Shown: in pieces, positions 38,143-49,574 of the stretch
How the letters are laid out: each line of letters opens with the position of its first letter
How positions within the stretch are numbered: the stretch's first letter is position 1
NCBI GenBank assembly: GCA_964606485.1
Contig: CAZSGP010000004.1
Span: 17,030-81,029, forward strand
Origin: an uncultured Planctomycetia bacterium
GTDB lineage: Bacteria; Omnitrophota; Gorgyraeia; 2-02-FULL-51-18
Reading direction: 5' to 3'
Length of the DNA stretch: 64,000 bases
Notes under the pieces: generated by a model
What the model saw: only the letters and a program-made list of their open reading frames with translations
The model's database searches: none
Told to the model about the DNA's origin: nothing
Position numbers and translations under genes: made by a program

Positions 38143-39114
38143 TTAAAATTCGGCTTCAGTGTTAAAAATGTGGTTTTTTTCTTTGGACTCGCCAGAAATG
38201 ACGCCGGCTTTTTGGTATTCGCCGACGCGTTTTTCGAAGAAGTTCGTTTTGCCTTGCAGAGAGATGAGCTCCATAAAATCGAATGGATTTGTTGCTTTAA
38301 ATAGTTTTGGATAGCCGAGTGCGGCGAGTAACCGATCCGACACAAACTCAATGTACTGCGACATGAGCTTCGCATTCATCCCGATCAAGGCCACCGGCAG
38401 CGCGTCCGTCACAAACTCTTTTTCAATGGCCACCGCGTCTCCAATAATCTCATGAATCCGCTCAACGCTGAGTTTATTCTCAAGTTTGTTGTACAGTAGA
38501 CAGGCAAAGTCGCAATGAAGTCCCTCATCTCGAGAAATCAGTTCATTTGAAAACGAAAGACCGGGCATCAGTCCGCGTTTCTTAAGCCAAAAAATAGAGC
38601 AAAAGCTTCCCGAGAAAAATATACCTTCCACAGCGGCAAACGCCACGAGCCGCTCCGCAAATAGTCCGCTATTGATCCACTGAAGCGCCCACTTGGCTTT
38701 TTTCTGAACGCATGGCACGGTGTCGATGGCGTGGAACAATTTGTCTTTTTCAACGTTGTCTTTAATATAAGTGTCAATGAGAAGCGAGTAAGTTTCGGAG
38801 TGAATGTTTTCCATCATCACCTGGAAACCGTAGAAACAGCGCGCTTCCGGAACCTGGACTTCGCGCATGAAATTCACAGCAAGATTTTCGTTCACAATCC
38901 CGTCGCTCGCAGCAAAAAATGCGAGCACATGCTGGACGAAATGTTTCTCACCCGGGTTCAGACGATCCCAATCTTTTAAATCTTGCGAGAGATCAATCTC
39001 TTCGGCTGTCCAAAAACTAGCTTCCGCTTGTTTGTACATGCCCCACATATCATTGTGCTGAATGGGAAACAGAACGAAGCGGTCTTTATTTTCTTTGAGA
39101 ATGGGTTCTATCAT
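38143..39114 (-). CDS. nrdB: ribonucleoside-diphosphate reductase beta subunit
   Basis: Di-iron ligand E/H motifs and a tyrosyl radical region. Confidence 0.9.
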   Translation of the reverse strand: MIEPILKENKDRFVLFPIQHNDMWGMYKQAEASFWTAEEIDLSQDLKDWDRLNPGEKHFVQHVLAFFAASDGIVNENLAVNFMREVQVPEARCFYGFQVMMENIHSETYSLLIDTYIKDNVEKDKLFHAIDTVPCVQKKAKWALQWINSGLFAERLVAFAAVEGIFFSGSFCSIFWLKKRGLMPGLSFSNELISRDEGLHCDFACLLYNKLENKLSVERIHEIIGDAVAIEKEFVTDALPVALIGMNAKLMSQYIEFVSDRLLAALGYPKLFKATNPFDFMELISLQGKTNFFEKRVGEYQKAGVISGESKEKNHIFNTEAEF

Positions 39115-39146
39115 GACAGTCCTTCGGTGTTGAATGAATTTAAGCG

Positions 39147-39175
39147 CAGTTTAAAAGAAGCCTGCAGTTCTGTCA
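39147..39175 (-). promoter_or_regulatory. sigma70-like promoter for nrdBA (TTGACA-17-TAAACT)
   Basis: Read on the minus strand, upstream of the nrdB start at 39114. Confidence 0.4.
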
Positions 39176-39193
39176 AGTTTAAATCCCCAAAAA

Positions 39194-39209
39194 ACACAAT
39201 ATATTGTGT
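39194..39209. promoter_or_regulatory. NrdR box (acacaatatattgtgt)
   Basis: Perfect 16-bp palindrome matching the NrdR-box consensus acaCwAtATaTwGtgt, about 20 bp upstream of the -35 of nrdB. Confidence 0.5.
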
Positions 39210-39238
39210 TTTTTTAATGTTAATAAACTGAAATAACA

Positions 39239-40255
39239 CTATGGGTGATGTTGAAGTGTTGCAAGCTGGCGTTTAAACCAGTTTGTTTTTTTGATGAATA
39301 AAGAACATTTCGGACATTGAATGTCAGAGTTTTTCGCCGCCAAATCGACGTGGACGATCGTCCCGCATGCGGGACACCAGCATACTCCTTTAGCGGTGTT
39401 GGCTATTTTTTCAGGCTGATAACCGATTTTGCTTAAATAGGCATTGCCCATAATGAAATATTTTCGCGCCGCAGGCTCCAAAAAAGGTTCAATGCTCTCG
39501 TAAGAAATTCCGTGATCCGCAGAGTAGCGCGCCGCCAAATACCCAAACTGTTCCGGTTTGAGATACCCGTACAATTTTTTTTCAGTTTCAAATCCTCCGC
39601 CGCCGGTTGAAATAGTTTCATCGGTTAAACCATTGAGCGTTAAAATTCCCTGTCCTTGAAAAAATCCGGACGTATCCACCACTCGCTCCTGATTACAGCC
39701 TGCCAACAAACGACTGCCCGGAACATTGACGAGTCCGCAATTCATCGGTTCAGATTTATCCATACCCCACACCGCGATGTGGCTTAGCTCGTGAACCAAT
39801 AGACTCATCTGCTCCCGTCGTAATTTAACTTTTTTTGAAACGGTGATCACCATGCGTTCCCCGTTGTAACTGGTTACAAAAGCGGGGGGTGTTTCCTGGT
39901 CGCCATATTTCAGACTGATGGCATAGGCCTCAAGCCCCATAGCTTGAATCAGCCGGTTGAGCGCAACCGGCAAATCGTCCTTAGCACTCATTCCAAATTT
40001 TTCTAGGTCTGAACGAAGCGCAACATCGTCTTGAATTCCAAGCGACAACGTCAATACATCCACCGGTCTTTGATGTTTTTTAAGCAGATCATAATATTTG
40101 TCCACTTCCGCGGTATCTATGGGCGGCGTAAAATGACTCCAGGGGATAAAACGAAAGGCTAAAAAAATAACAGCGCAGTAGAAACAAAGAATGATCGCTT
40201 TTTTTATAAACGATGCTAATTTCCTAAAAAATCGCCGCACGGTGGTTTTGTTCAT
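39239..40255 (-). CDS. membrane-anchored putative metallopeptidase with C-terminal zinc ribbon
   Basis: N-terminal TM, HELSH motif, C-terminal CWCPACG...CPKC. Confidence 0.4.
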   Translation of the reverse strand: MNKTTVRRFFRKLASFIKKAIILCFYCAVIFLAFRFIPWSHFTPPIDTAEVDKYYDLLKKHQRPVDVLTLSLGIQDDVALRSDLEKFGMSAKDDLPVALNRLIQAMGLEAYAISLKYGDQETPPAFVTSYNGERMVITVSKKVKLRREQMSLLVHELSHIAVWGMDKSEPMNCGLVNVPGSRLLAGCNQERVVDTSGFFQGQGILTLNGLTDETISTGGGGFETEKKLYGYLKPEQFGYLAARYSADHGISYESIEPFLEPAARKYFIMGNAYLSKIGYQPEKIANTAKGVCWCPACGTIVHVDLAAKNSDIQCPKCSLFIKKTNWFKRQLATLQHHP

Positions 40256-40315
40256 ATATGAAATAATAGCATAAATAAAAAAAATCCCTCCGGGTTTCCC
40301 GAAGGGATTTTAAAC

Positions 40316-40447
40316 TGGCGCGGTCGAAGGTCCGCCAAACAGCGCGTCGGATCCGTCCACAAAGCGCTGTTTGCGACAGATCCGCCAACGCTTTGTGGCG
40401 GAGATTCGAACCCTCGATCTCCGCCGTGACAGGGCGGCGCTTTAAGC
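40316..40447 (-). pseudogene. partial tRNA-Asp copy (D-loop to 3' end) interrupted by a 72-nt quasi-palindromic insertion
   Basis: The reverse complement shares cttaaagcgccgccctgtcacggcggagatcgagggttcgaatc and ccttcgaccgcgcca with the adjacent tRNA-Asp. The insertion at 40331-40402 has tccgcca/tggcgga termini. The acceptor and D-stem 5' strands are missing. Confidence 0.5.
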
Positions 40448-40569
40448 CCCCGCCTGCTCCAACCAAAAATTCAGAGCAGGACGGGTCCGTCCTCGCTACG
40501 GCGAGGCGGAAGCTAAGCTTCTGGAAAATGAAAAATCCCGTCAGGGTTACTGACGGGATTGCTTCATTA

Positions 40570-40647
40570 TGGCGCGGTCGAAGGGATTCGAACCCTCGAT
40601 CTCCGCCGTGACAGGGCGGCGCTTTAAGCCAGCTAAGCTACGACCGC
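40570..40647 (-). tRNA. tRNA-Asp (anticodon GTC)
   Basis: Cloverleaf: acceptor gcggtcg/cgaccgc, anticodon stem ccgcc/ggcgg with loop ctGTCac, T-loop ttcgaat, CCA end. Terminator hairpin cccgtcagg/cctgacggg + T-run at 40531-40565. Confidence 0.85.
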
Positions 40648-40663
40648 TAGTAAGTTGTAGATT

Positions 40664-40921
40664 CTATTCGATTTTGTCGGTTAAGACAAGAACGCGGTTT
40701 TTGAGCACTTCCAGGAAACCACCGTCCATTTTAAAAACTTTCGTCTGCCCTTTGGCATCCCGAAACGTCAAACTTCCTTTTTCCAGAGTGGTTGCAAACG
40801 ACGCGTGGTGCTTCAACACTCCAAAATACCCATTCGTCCCGGGAGCCGTAACCGTTTCGACCGCCCCTTCAAAAAAAACTTCTTTGGGCGTGATAATTTT
40901 GAGTGTCAGTGTGTCGGACAT
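40664..40921 (-). CDS. atpC: F0F1 ATP synthase epsilon subunit (short form, beta-sandwich domain only)
   Basis: 85 aa covering the N-terminal beta-sandwich (ITPKEVFFEG...GYFGVLKHHA...GGFLEV). No C-terminal helical hairpin precedes the stop. Confidence 0.75.
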   Translation of the reverse strand: MSDTLTLKIITPKEVFFEGAVETVTAPGTNGYFGVLKHHASFATTLEKGSLTFRDAKGQTKVFKMDGGFLEVLKNRVLVLTDKIE

Positions 40922-43265
<2,344 letters not shown>

Positions 43266-43277
43266 ACCCCTTAACGC

Positions 43278-44789
43278 TTATCCCTTTAAAAATTTCTCTT
43301 TAAACTCATGTCCGGCGCTGTCGAGTTTGAGCATCACGCCATCTGCGAGTTCTTTAGTTTTTTCAATTTCATTGATCACATCCGGATATTTCTCGGCCAG
43401 GAATTTGTGAAATCCTTTTTCAAACTCCGGCACTCTTTCGAGCGGAACTTCGTCAATCATTCCCTTGGTCGCCAAGTAAATAATGCTGACTTGTTGCGCC
43501 ACGGTCATAGGAACAAACTGGCCTTGTTTTAAAATTTCAACAAGACGCGCACCGCGGTTTAGCTGATCGCGGGTTGATTTGTCCATGTCCGATCCAAACT
43601 GCATGAAAGCGGCGAGTTCACGGTACTGTGCGAGCTCCAAACGAAGTTTACCGGCCACTTTTTTCATCGCCTTGGTTTGAGCGTTGCCACCCACGCGCGA
43701 CACCGAAAGACCCACGTTCACGGCGGGACGCACACCCGAGAAGAAGAGATCGCCTTCCAAATAAATCTGTCCGTCGGTGATGGAAATCACGTTCGTCGGA
43801 ATGTACCCCGACACGTCACCCGCCTGGGTTTCAATGATCGGCAGTGCGGTTAGAGATCCTCCACCTAAATCTGGACGAAGTTTCGCCGCGCGTTCCAGCA
43901 AACGGGAATGCAAATAAAACACGTCGCCCGGAAATGCTTCGCGTCCCGGAGGACGGCGCAAAAGAAGTGAGAGCTCACGGTACGCCGCGGCTTGCTTGGT
44001 CAAATCATCATAAATGACAAGCGCGTGCATGCCGTTATAAAGGAAGTATTCTCCAATGGCCGCACCCGCGTAAGGGCTTAAAAATTGAAGGGTAGCTGCC
44101 ACATCGGCAGGAGCGCTGACCACGGTGGTGTACGCCATCGCACCATGCTCTTCTAATTTTTTAACAACCGACAAAACGCTCGAGGCTTTTTGTCCGGTCG
44201 CGACATAAATACAATAAACGTCTTTTCCTTTTTGGTTCAGGATGGCGTCAATGGCAATCGCGGTCTTGCCGGTTTGGCGATCGCCGATAATCAATTCGCG
44301 TTGACCGCGTCCGATTGGAATCATTCCATCAATAGCCTTGATACCAGTCTGAAGCGGCTCTTTCACCGAATGGCGCTTCAAAACACCGGGAGCCTTAAAT
44401 TCAATGGGGCGGCTTTCGGAACTCACGATCGGGCCCTTGCCATCCATCGGACGGCCGAGCGCGTCCACCACGCGTCCTAAAAGTCCTTTGCCAACGGGAA
44501 TGCTCGCAATTTTTCCGGTGCGCTTAACTTGGTCGCCTTCTTTGATGCCCGAACCATCGCCGCAAAGCACGGCACCGACATTGGATTCTTCAAGATTGAG
44601 CGCGATGCCGAGTTCGCCGCCCGGAAATTCTAAAAGTTCACCGGCCATGCAATCATCGAGTCCGTAAATACGCGCAATACCGTCGCCGAGCGACAGAATC
44701 ACACCGGTCGACTCCATCTTGATTCCAGATTCGTAATCTTTAATTTCTTGTCTTAGTACACTCGTAATTTCGTCGGGTTTTAAGGCCAT
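43278..44789 (-). CDS. atpA: F0F1 ATP synthase alpha subunit
   Basis: Walker [10 protein letters not shown]. Confidence 0.9.
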   Translation of the reverse strand: MALKPDEITSVLRQEIKDYESGIKMESTGVILSLGDGIARIYGLDDCMAGELLEFPGGELGIALNLEESNVGAVLCGDGSGIKEGDQVKRTGKIASIPVGKGLLGRVVDALGRPMDGKGPIVSSESRPIEFKAPGVLKRHSVKEPLQTGIKAIDGMIPIGRGQRELIIGDRQTGKTAIAIDAILNQKGKDVYCIYVATGQKASSVLSVVKKLEEHGAMAYTTVVSAPADVAATLQFLSPYAGAAIGEYFLYNGMHALVIYDDLTKQAAAYRELSLLLRRPPGREAFPGDVFYLHSRLLERAAKLRPDLGGGSLTALPIIETQAGDVSGYIPTNVISITDGQIYLEGDLFFSGVRPAVNVGLSVSRVGGNAQTKAMKKVAGKLRLELAQYRELAAFMQFGSDMDKSTRDQLNRGARLVEILKQGQFVPMTVAQQVSIIYLATKGMIDEVPLERVPEFEKGFHKFLAEKYPDVINEIEKTKELADGVMLKLDSAGHEFKEKFLKG

Positions 44790-44790
44790 T

Positions 44791-45348
44791 TTAAAGGGAT
44801 CCTATTTTGGTTAACTCTTTTTTAATTAAGTCCAACTGATGACTGATCGAACCATCCAAAACTTTGTTGCGAATCTTAACGGAGATCCCGCCGATGAGTG
44901 ACGGGTCCACTTCTTTTTTAATCGTAATTTTATAACCAGCGATCTTTTCAAGCGCTTTCACGATCTCGCGCTCGACTTCCGGCGACAGCGGCACCGCACT
45001 TTTTAATTCCGCGACTCCCATGCCGTGCCGTTCATCTACAATTTGCTTAAAACAATCTGACATTTCATGAATAAGACCAAAGCGGCTCTTTTCCAGAAGA
45101 ATCGTCAAAAAATTAACCAAGGTGGTCTGCACTTGATCCGCGCGTTTTTGATAAATCTTCTGCAAAAAGCGGCGCTTGTCTTCCAAGCTAAACGACGGAC
45201 TTCCAAAAAACCGCTCGGTGTCCGGCGCGCTCTTCAACGATTCACAAAATACCGAAAGCTCGTCACGCATTTCGATGTCATTTTGCAGCATTTGGCATGT
45301 CTCAAAAAGTGCCCCTGCATAACGATTCGCCGTGACGAGATCCCGCAT
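44791..45348 (-). CDS. atpH: F0F1 ATP synthase delta subunit (OSCP)
   Basis: Position in the operon and length; OSCP-like sequence. Confidence 0.7.
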   Translation of the reverse strand: MRDLVTANRYAGALFETCQMLQNDIEMRDELSVFCESLKSAPDTERFFGSPSFSLEDKRRFLQKIYQKRADQVQTTLVNFLTILLEKSRFGLIHEMSDCFKQIVDERHGMGVAELKSAVPLSPEVEREIVKALEKIAGYKITIKKEVDPSLIGGISVKIRNKVLDGSISHQLDLIKKELTKIGSL

Positions 45349-45836
45349 TAATTTTTCTCGATTTCTTTGATGAACTGCTCCGCCAAGCGGTTGTGCTCGC
45401 CGGCATCCAGTTTCTTTCTCAAGATCTTCTCGGTCAAAAGCCCGGAAAGCTCCACCACCTGATCGCGCATCGCAATTCGTGCTTTCGCGATGTCCTGCTC
45501 GATTTCGGTCTTGGCGCGTTCGGTCATTTTCTGAGCGTCCACGCGCGCTTTTTCCTGAATATCCCGCGCGAGCTGAACCCCGACATTCGCCGCTTCTTGA
45601 ATTTTCGTCCGCGCTTCCTGTTCGATGTTCTCTAGACGCTTGCGGTAATCCTTTTCGAGCGTCTCTAGCTTCCGCTTCTGGTCCTCAATACCCGTGAATT
45701 CACTCTCGATTTTGTGACGCCGCGCGTCAATCGCACCGAGAATGCCTTTCCAGGCAAATTGTTTGAGGATTAAAAACACAACCCCAAAGCCCAAAATCTG
45801 GACGATGATTTCTTTGATGATATGAGAATTTTCCAT
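45348..45836 (-). CDS. atpF: F0F1 ATP synthase subunit b
   Basis: N-terminal TM followed by a long charged coiled coil. Confidence 0.75.
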   Translation of the reverse strand: MENSHIIKEIIVQILGFGVVFLILKQFAWKGILGAIDARRHKIESEFTGIEDQKRKLETLEKDYRKRLENIEQEARTKIQEAANVGVQLARDIQEKARVDAQKMTERAKTEIEQDIAKARIAMRDQVVELSGLLTEKILRKKLDAGEHNRLAEQFIKEIEKN

Positions 45837-45912
45837 ATTTCCTATCCGTAGGGGCGTAATTCATTACGCCCATCTTTAAACAAGGGTGCGATGAATCGCA
45901 CCCCTACATTAT

Positions 45913-46155
45913 TTAGGCGATTTTTCCCGACAATACGAACACGACGATCAATACGTACAGCGTAAGTGCTTCAATCAGCGCGCAACCGGCCATCATGTTA
46001 ACGAGAATTTTTCCAGAAGCTTCCGGTTGACGAGCGGTCGCATCCATAGCGCTAGAAACGGCCTTTCCTAAGCCGAGGGCCGAACCAAATGCCGCGACGC
46101 AGAGCGAGAGCGGAAGAAAAATTGCCAGAGCTGTTTGATACGTTAAGTGATCCAT
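45913..46155 (-). CDS. atpE: F0F1 ATP synthase subunit c
   Basis: Two-helix proteolipid; the second helix (CALIEALTLYVLIVVFVL) aligns with the conserved c-subunit helix that carries the carboxylate. Confidence 0.85.
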   Translation of the reverse strand: MDHLTYQTALAIFLPLSLCVAAFGSALGLGKAVSSAMDATARQPEASGKILVNMMAGCALIEALTLYVLIVVFVLSGKIA

Positions 46156-46175
46156 TTTGATGAGTCTCCTTTTAG

Positions 46176-47084
46176 TTAGTGGGATTGTGGTTCTTCATGC
46201 GCTGCTGCGTGCCCGTGGGCATCGTGTTCATGATCGCCGTGAGGCAGCATCATCGCAATATAAACCGTGCTTAAAAGCGTAAAAACAAAAGCCTGAATCG
46301 TACTGGTCGCTATTTCAAACAAAAGAAACGGCGCCTGGAACGGAATGAAAAACGATGCCACTCCCATTCCGATAAAAACTGCCACGAGAATATGACCTCC
46401 CATGGTATTGCAAAACAAACGAAACGTCAGTGAAAAAGGTTTGGCGAGCTCTCCGATCAAGTGAATTGGAAACATGAGCGGCGCCATCACAAATCCAAAC
46501 ACGTCGCGTGGTGTTCCGGCCATATGATCCAAGTACCCAATCAGTCCTTGTTTTCGAATGCCAATGCACTGCACCACAAAAAATACGATGATCGCGAGTG
46601 CAACCGTTGTCGTCGGAACCGGGAGGGCCACCGGGCCTGCGAGGGTGATGGAATTGGCAGTATTAGATTTCATGAGCGGCACAAGACCGATCAAATTCAT
46701 CGTAAGAATATAAAGAAAGAGCGTCCCTAGAAAGGGCGTATACTTGCGGCCTTCAGGCCCTAAGATTCCGCAGACAAAACCGTCTAACCCCTCGACGACC
46801 ATCTCACACGCGGCTTCGAGTCTTCCGGGAACCCTTTTTAAATTCTTCGAGGCTAAATAAAATAAAACCGACAGAATTCCGATGACGAGCACACCGAAAA
46901 AAATATTTTCGTACCCTTCTAAAATCTTTGCGGTGTTTTCCGGCAGAAAACGAGCAATGAGAGAGATCAAATTCGTGGTGTGAAGTGACGCACCGTCTCC
47001 GTGACCGGATCCGTGTTCGGACGCGTGCTTCACCGTTTCATGAACGGCTTCGGATGCGTACGCGTTTGAAATAAAAAAATTCAT
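46176..47084 (-). CDS. atpB: F0F1 ATP synthase subunit a
   Basis: Conserved Arg-containing helix (LSLTFRLFCNTMGGH). Confidence 0.85.
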   Translation of the reverse strand: MNFFISNAYASEAVHETVKHASEHGSGHGDGASLHTTNLISLIARFLPENTAKILEGYENIFFGVLVIGILSVLFYLASKNLKRVPGRLEAACEMVVEGLDGFVCGILGPEGRKYTPFLGTLFLYILTMNLIGLVPLMKSNTANSITLAGPVALPVPTTTVALAIIVFFVVQCIGIRKQGLIGYLDHMAGTPRDVFGFVMAPLMFPIHLIGELAKPFSLTFRLFCNTMGGHILVAVFIGMGVASFFIPFQAPFLLFEIATSTIQAFVFTLLSTVYIAMMLPHGDHEHDAHGHAAAHEEPQSH

Positions 47085-47085
47085 T

Positions 47086-47337
47086 TTAGTCTTTTTTGTT
47101 TTGTTCTTTTAAAATTGCTCTTAAAAGTTGAGAGATTTCGCGGCCCACTGCGACAAGACCGAGCAGTGCCAGTGAAAAACTCATCCACGGATAAATCTGA
47201 AACTTCTGATCGATCCAACGGCCCACGAAAAACCCAACAGATGGACCCAGTAGTAACAGAATGGGGATTGTTGTAACTATGCCTAATTGCTTAACTTGCA
47301 AATAAACGGAATCTTTTTTTTCAGGCATAATCCCCAA
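47086..47337 (-). CDS. AtpZ/AtpI-like small membrane protein
   Basis: Two-TM 83-aa protein immediately upstream of atpB. Confidence 0.45.
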   Translation of the reverse strand: MGIMPEKKDSVYLQVKQLGIVTTIPILLLLGPSVGFFVGRWIDQKFQIYPWMSFSLALLGLVAVGREISQLLRAILKEQNKKD

Positions 47338-47423
47338 ATCTTTGGCGTCATTCTACAAACGACGCTCTGTTTTGTCAACCCTGCCTTGTATTCAGCTCCT
47401 GGCTATGGTAGATTCGTTATACT

Positions 47424-47768
47424 ATGCAGGAAAAACGAGCGTACCCCAGAATCCCCATCGAACTCAAAGTCACCTGTAAAAATCCAAACAGCACGCTCAA
47501 ACCCGTTAAAGGCACCTCAATTGATTTGAGTGTCGGCGGTATGTTGCTGAAAACCGATGTGAGCTCACCGCTTTCAAACCGCATCGAAGGCTATTTGCAT
47601 GTTCCCGTCAGCGAGGAAGCCATCGCGTTTCGCGCGGACCTCATGTGGAGAAAAGTAGAGGGCGTCACTGCTAAGAACGGTCTTCAATTTATCGGTATGA
47701 ACGACTCAAGCCAACGCCGTCTGGAATCCCTGCTTAAAAGCGTGTGGACCCAGATGCTGACGAGCTAG
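47424..47768 (+). CDS. PilZ domain protein (c-di-GMP binding)
   Basis: RxxxR (RAYPRIP) and DxSxGG (DLSVGGM) motifs. Confidence 0.7.
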   Translation: MQEKRAYPRIPIELKVTCKNPNSTLKPVKGTSIDLSVGGMLLKTDVSSPLSNRIEGYLHVPVSEEAIAFRADLMWRKVEGVTAKNGLQFIGMNDSSQRRLESLLKSVWTQMLTS

Positions 47769-47777
47769 TTTTTTCAT

Positions 47778-49574
47778 TTGTTTAAAAATTTATTTCGTCA
47801 AACGAGTGAAAAGCCCTTATTTATTTTAGCGATCTTTCTATTACTTGGAATTACATGTTATTACAACTCTCTACAAAGTCTATTTGCTTATGATGATCAT
47901 CTCGTCATTCTTGATAATCAGTTCGTACATTCTCTATCAAATCTGCCTAAGGTTTTTTCACGCTCCTATTTAACTGCAACAGATCATATCTCTCTACTGC
48001 GCGTTCAGGATATTGGATCTGGAGAAGCAAGTTATCGCCCTGTCACAACACTGTCATATTTTTTTCTTTTTCATTTTTTTGGACTAGACCCATTTGGATG
48101 GCATCTCTCAAGCGTTCTTCTCCACATCACAAATGCTTTTCTGGTCTTTTTATTGGTAAAACTGCTCTTTAATTCAAAATTTGGTTTTTTAACTGGAATT
48201 CTTTTTTTAATTCATCCTCTCCATTCGGAAACGGTCAGTTGTGTTTCTTATAATGAAAAATTACTCACTTGTTTTTTTTCCTTATTGTCGGTTATTTTTT
48301 ATATTAAAGCTCATCACTCCTTAAAGCACTTCTATTTACTTAAATTTTTCTCTGTTCTTTTTTGTATATTTGGCGTTTTCTCTGACGAAACTGCGCTTAT
48401 TATTCCCTTCTTACTAATGCTTCATGATTTCTATTTTAAAATCTCAATGAGTAAAGGTTCCTTTTTTTCATGCTTGGCACGTAGGTATGGGCCATATTTT
48501 GGCGTCGTTCTTTTATCTCTGTGCGTAAATGCCTGGCTGAGGCATTCTGCCATGCCATTCTCTCCTCATTTTTTTTTAAAATCTAATCCGGATAGCGTGA
48601 TCTCATTTAAAATTTTTACAAACCAATCCTTTTTGGTGTTTATAAGAGTTATCGCCTCTTATCTTGGTTGGCTATTTTATCCCTCTTTTAATTATCCAGT
48701 AATTCCAAATCAAATAAATGTCTACAGAAATCTGGCTTGGTGTACTTCTTATTCTCTATTAAGCGCAAGCTCCTTGTTGCTTTGTTTTTTTCTGATTTAT
48801 TTTTTGAAAAGCAGGTTTCGCTTGGTTTCATTTGGCCTAGCCTGGTTTTTTGTGGCACTGGCCCCGATTTATCCCATTTCATTGCGCTATTCGGCTTGTC
48901 GATATGCCTATTTGGCCAGCATCGGCTATTTCATCGTTGCTGCTGGCTTACTTGGATTTCAGTTTAAAAACTTAATTTTAAAAAAATATGCATGGCTTCC
49001 GATCTTCTTTCTAGTGGTCTTAATGATTCAAATGACTCAATGCAATAATATTCGTTGGAGAGATGGGATCTCCTTGTGGAATAGTGTTCTTACGTCATCC
49101 CCACAAGATGAGGCCTTTGCAAAACGCAGTATAGCGGTTGACTACCTTGGGTACGGAATGCCCGATAAAGCCCTCCTTTGGTACAAGAAGCTACGTCACC
49201 CTTACAAATCCGAAGAAAACGAAGACCTTAGAAATGAAATGGGTGCGTGTTATTACCAAATAGGGAAATACGATATTGCCTTACATTTTTTTCGTTATGC
49301 CGTCAACAGCCATCCTGACTCGCCGGCGATCTGGGCAAATTTAGGTTGTGTGTACGGAAAATTTGGTTTGTCCAATAGGGCTATATTGTGTTTTGAAAAG
49401 GCAACTGCCCTTAACCCAAACTACGTCCAGGCGCATATCTATTTGGGAATCAGTTATTATGAAAGTGGGGATATCGAAAAAGCTAGATATGCTTTCGAGC
49501 GAGCGTTACACATACACCCTACCAACGTACAGGCGAGCGACTACCTTAAACTTTTGGTTAAAACAAAAAAATAA
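47778..49574 (+). CDS. GT-C-fold (PMT/TMTC-like) polytopic membrane protein with C-terminal TPR repeats
   Basis: About 11 TM helices, a YDDH motif in the first loop, and 4-5 C-terminal TPR units. Strongly AT-rich relative to its neighbours. Confidence 0.55.
   Translation: MFKNLFRQTSEKPLFILAIFLLLGITCYYNSLQSLFAYDDHLVILDNQFVHSLSNLPKVFSRSYLTATDHISLLRVQDIGSGEASYRPVTTLSYFFLFHFFGLDPFGWHLSSVLLHITNAFLVFLLVKLLFNSKFGFLTGILFLIHPLHSETVSCVSYNEKLLTCFFSLLSVIFYIKAHHSLKHFYLLKFFSVLFCIFGVFSDETALIIPFLLMLHDFYFKISMSKGSFFSCLARRYGPYFGVVLLSLCVNAWLRHSAMPFSPHFFLKSNPDSVISFKIFTNQSFLVFIRVIASYLGWLFYPSFNYPVIPNQINVYRNLAWCTSYSLLSASSLLLCFFLIYFLKSRFRLVSFGLAWFFVALAPIYPISLRYSACRYAYLASIGYFIVAAGLLGFQFKNLILKKYAWLPIFFLVVLMIQMTQCNNIRWRDGISLWNSVLTSSPQDEAFAKRSIAVDYLGYGMPDKALLWYKKLRHPYKSEENEDLRNEMGACYYQIGKYDIALHFFRYAVNSHPDSPAIWANLGCVYGKFGLSNRAILCFEKATALNPNYVQAHIYLGISYYESGDIEKARYAFERALHIHPTNVQASDYLKLLVKTKK

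Noticed and set aside
39210-39260. Second NrdR box candidate acactatgggtgatgt
   Set aside because: Only 10 of 16 positions match the consensus, and the spacing (38 bp centre to centre) is atypical. It is mentioned only as a weak possibility.
40224-40611. ORFs 40224..40466 (-) and 40393..40611 (+) covering the tRNA-Asp region
   Set aside because: Both start at TTG and run through tRNA and terminator sequence. Their apparent coding potential comes from GC-rich tRNA stems, and the region is better explained by the tRNA gene plus the partial tRNA copy.
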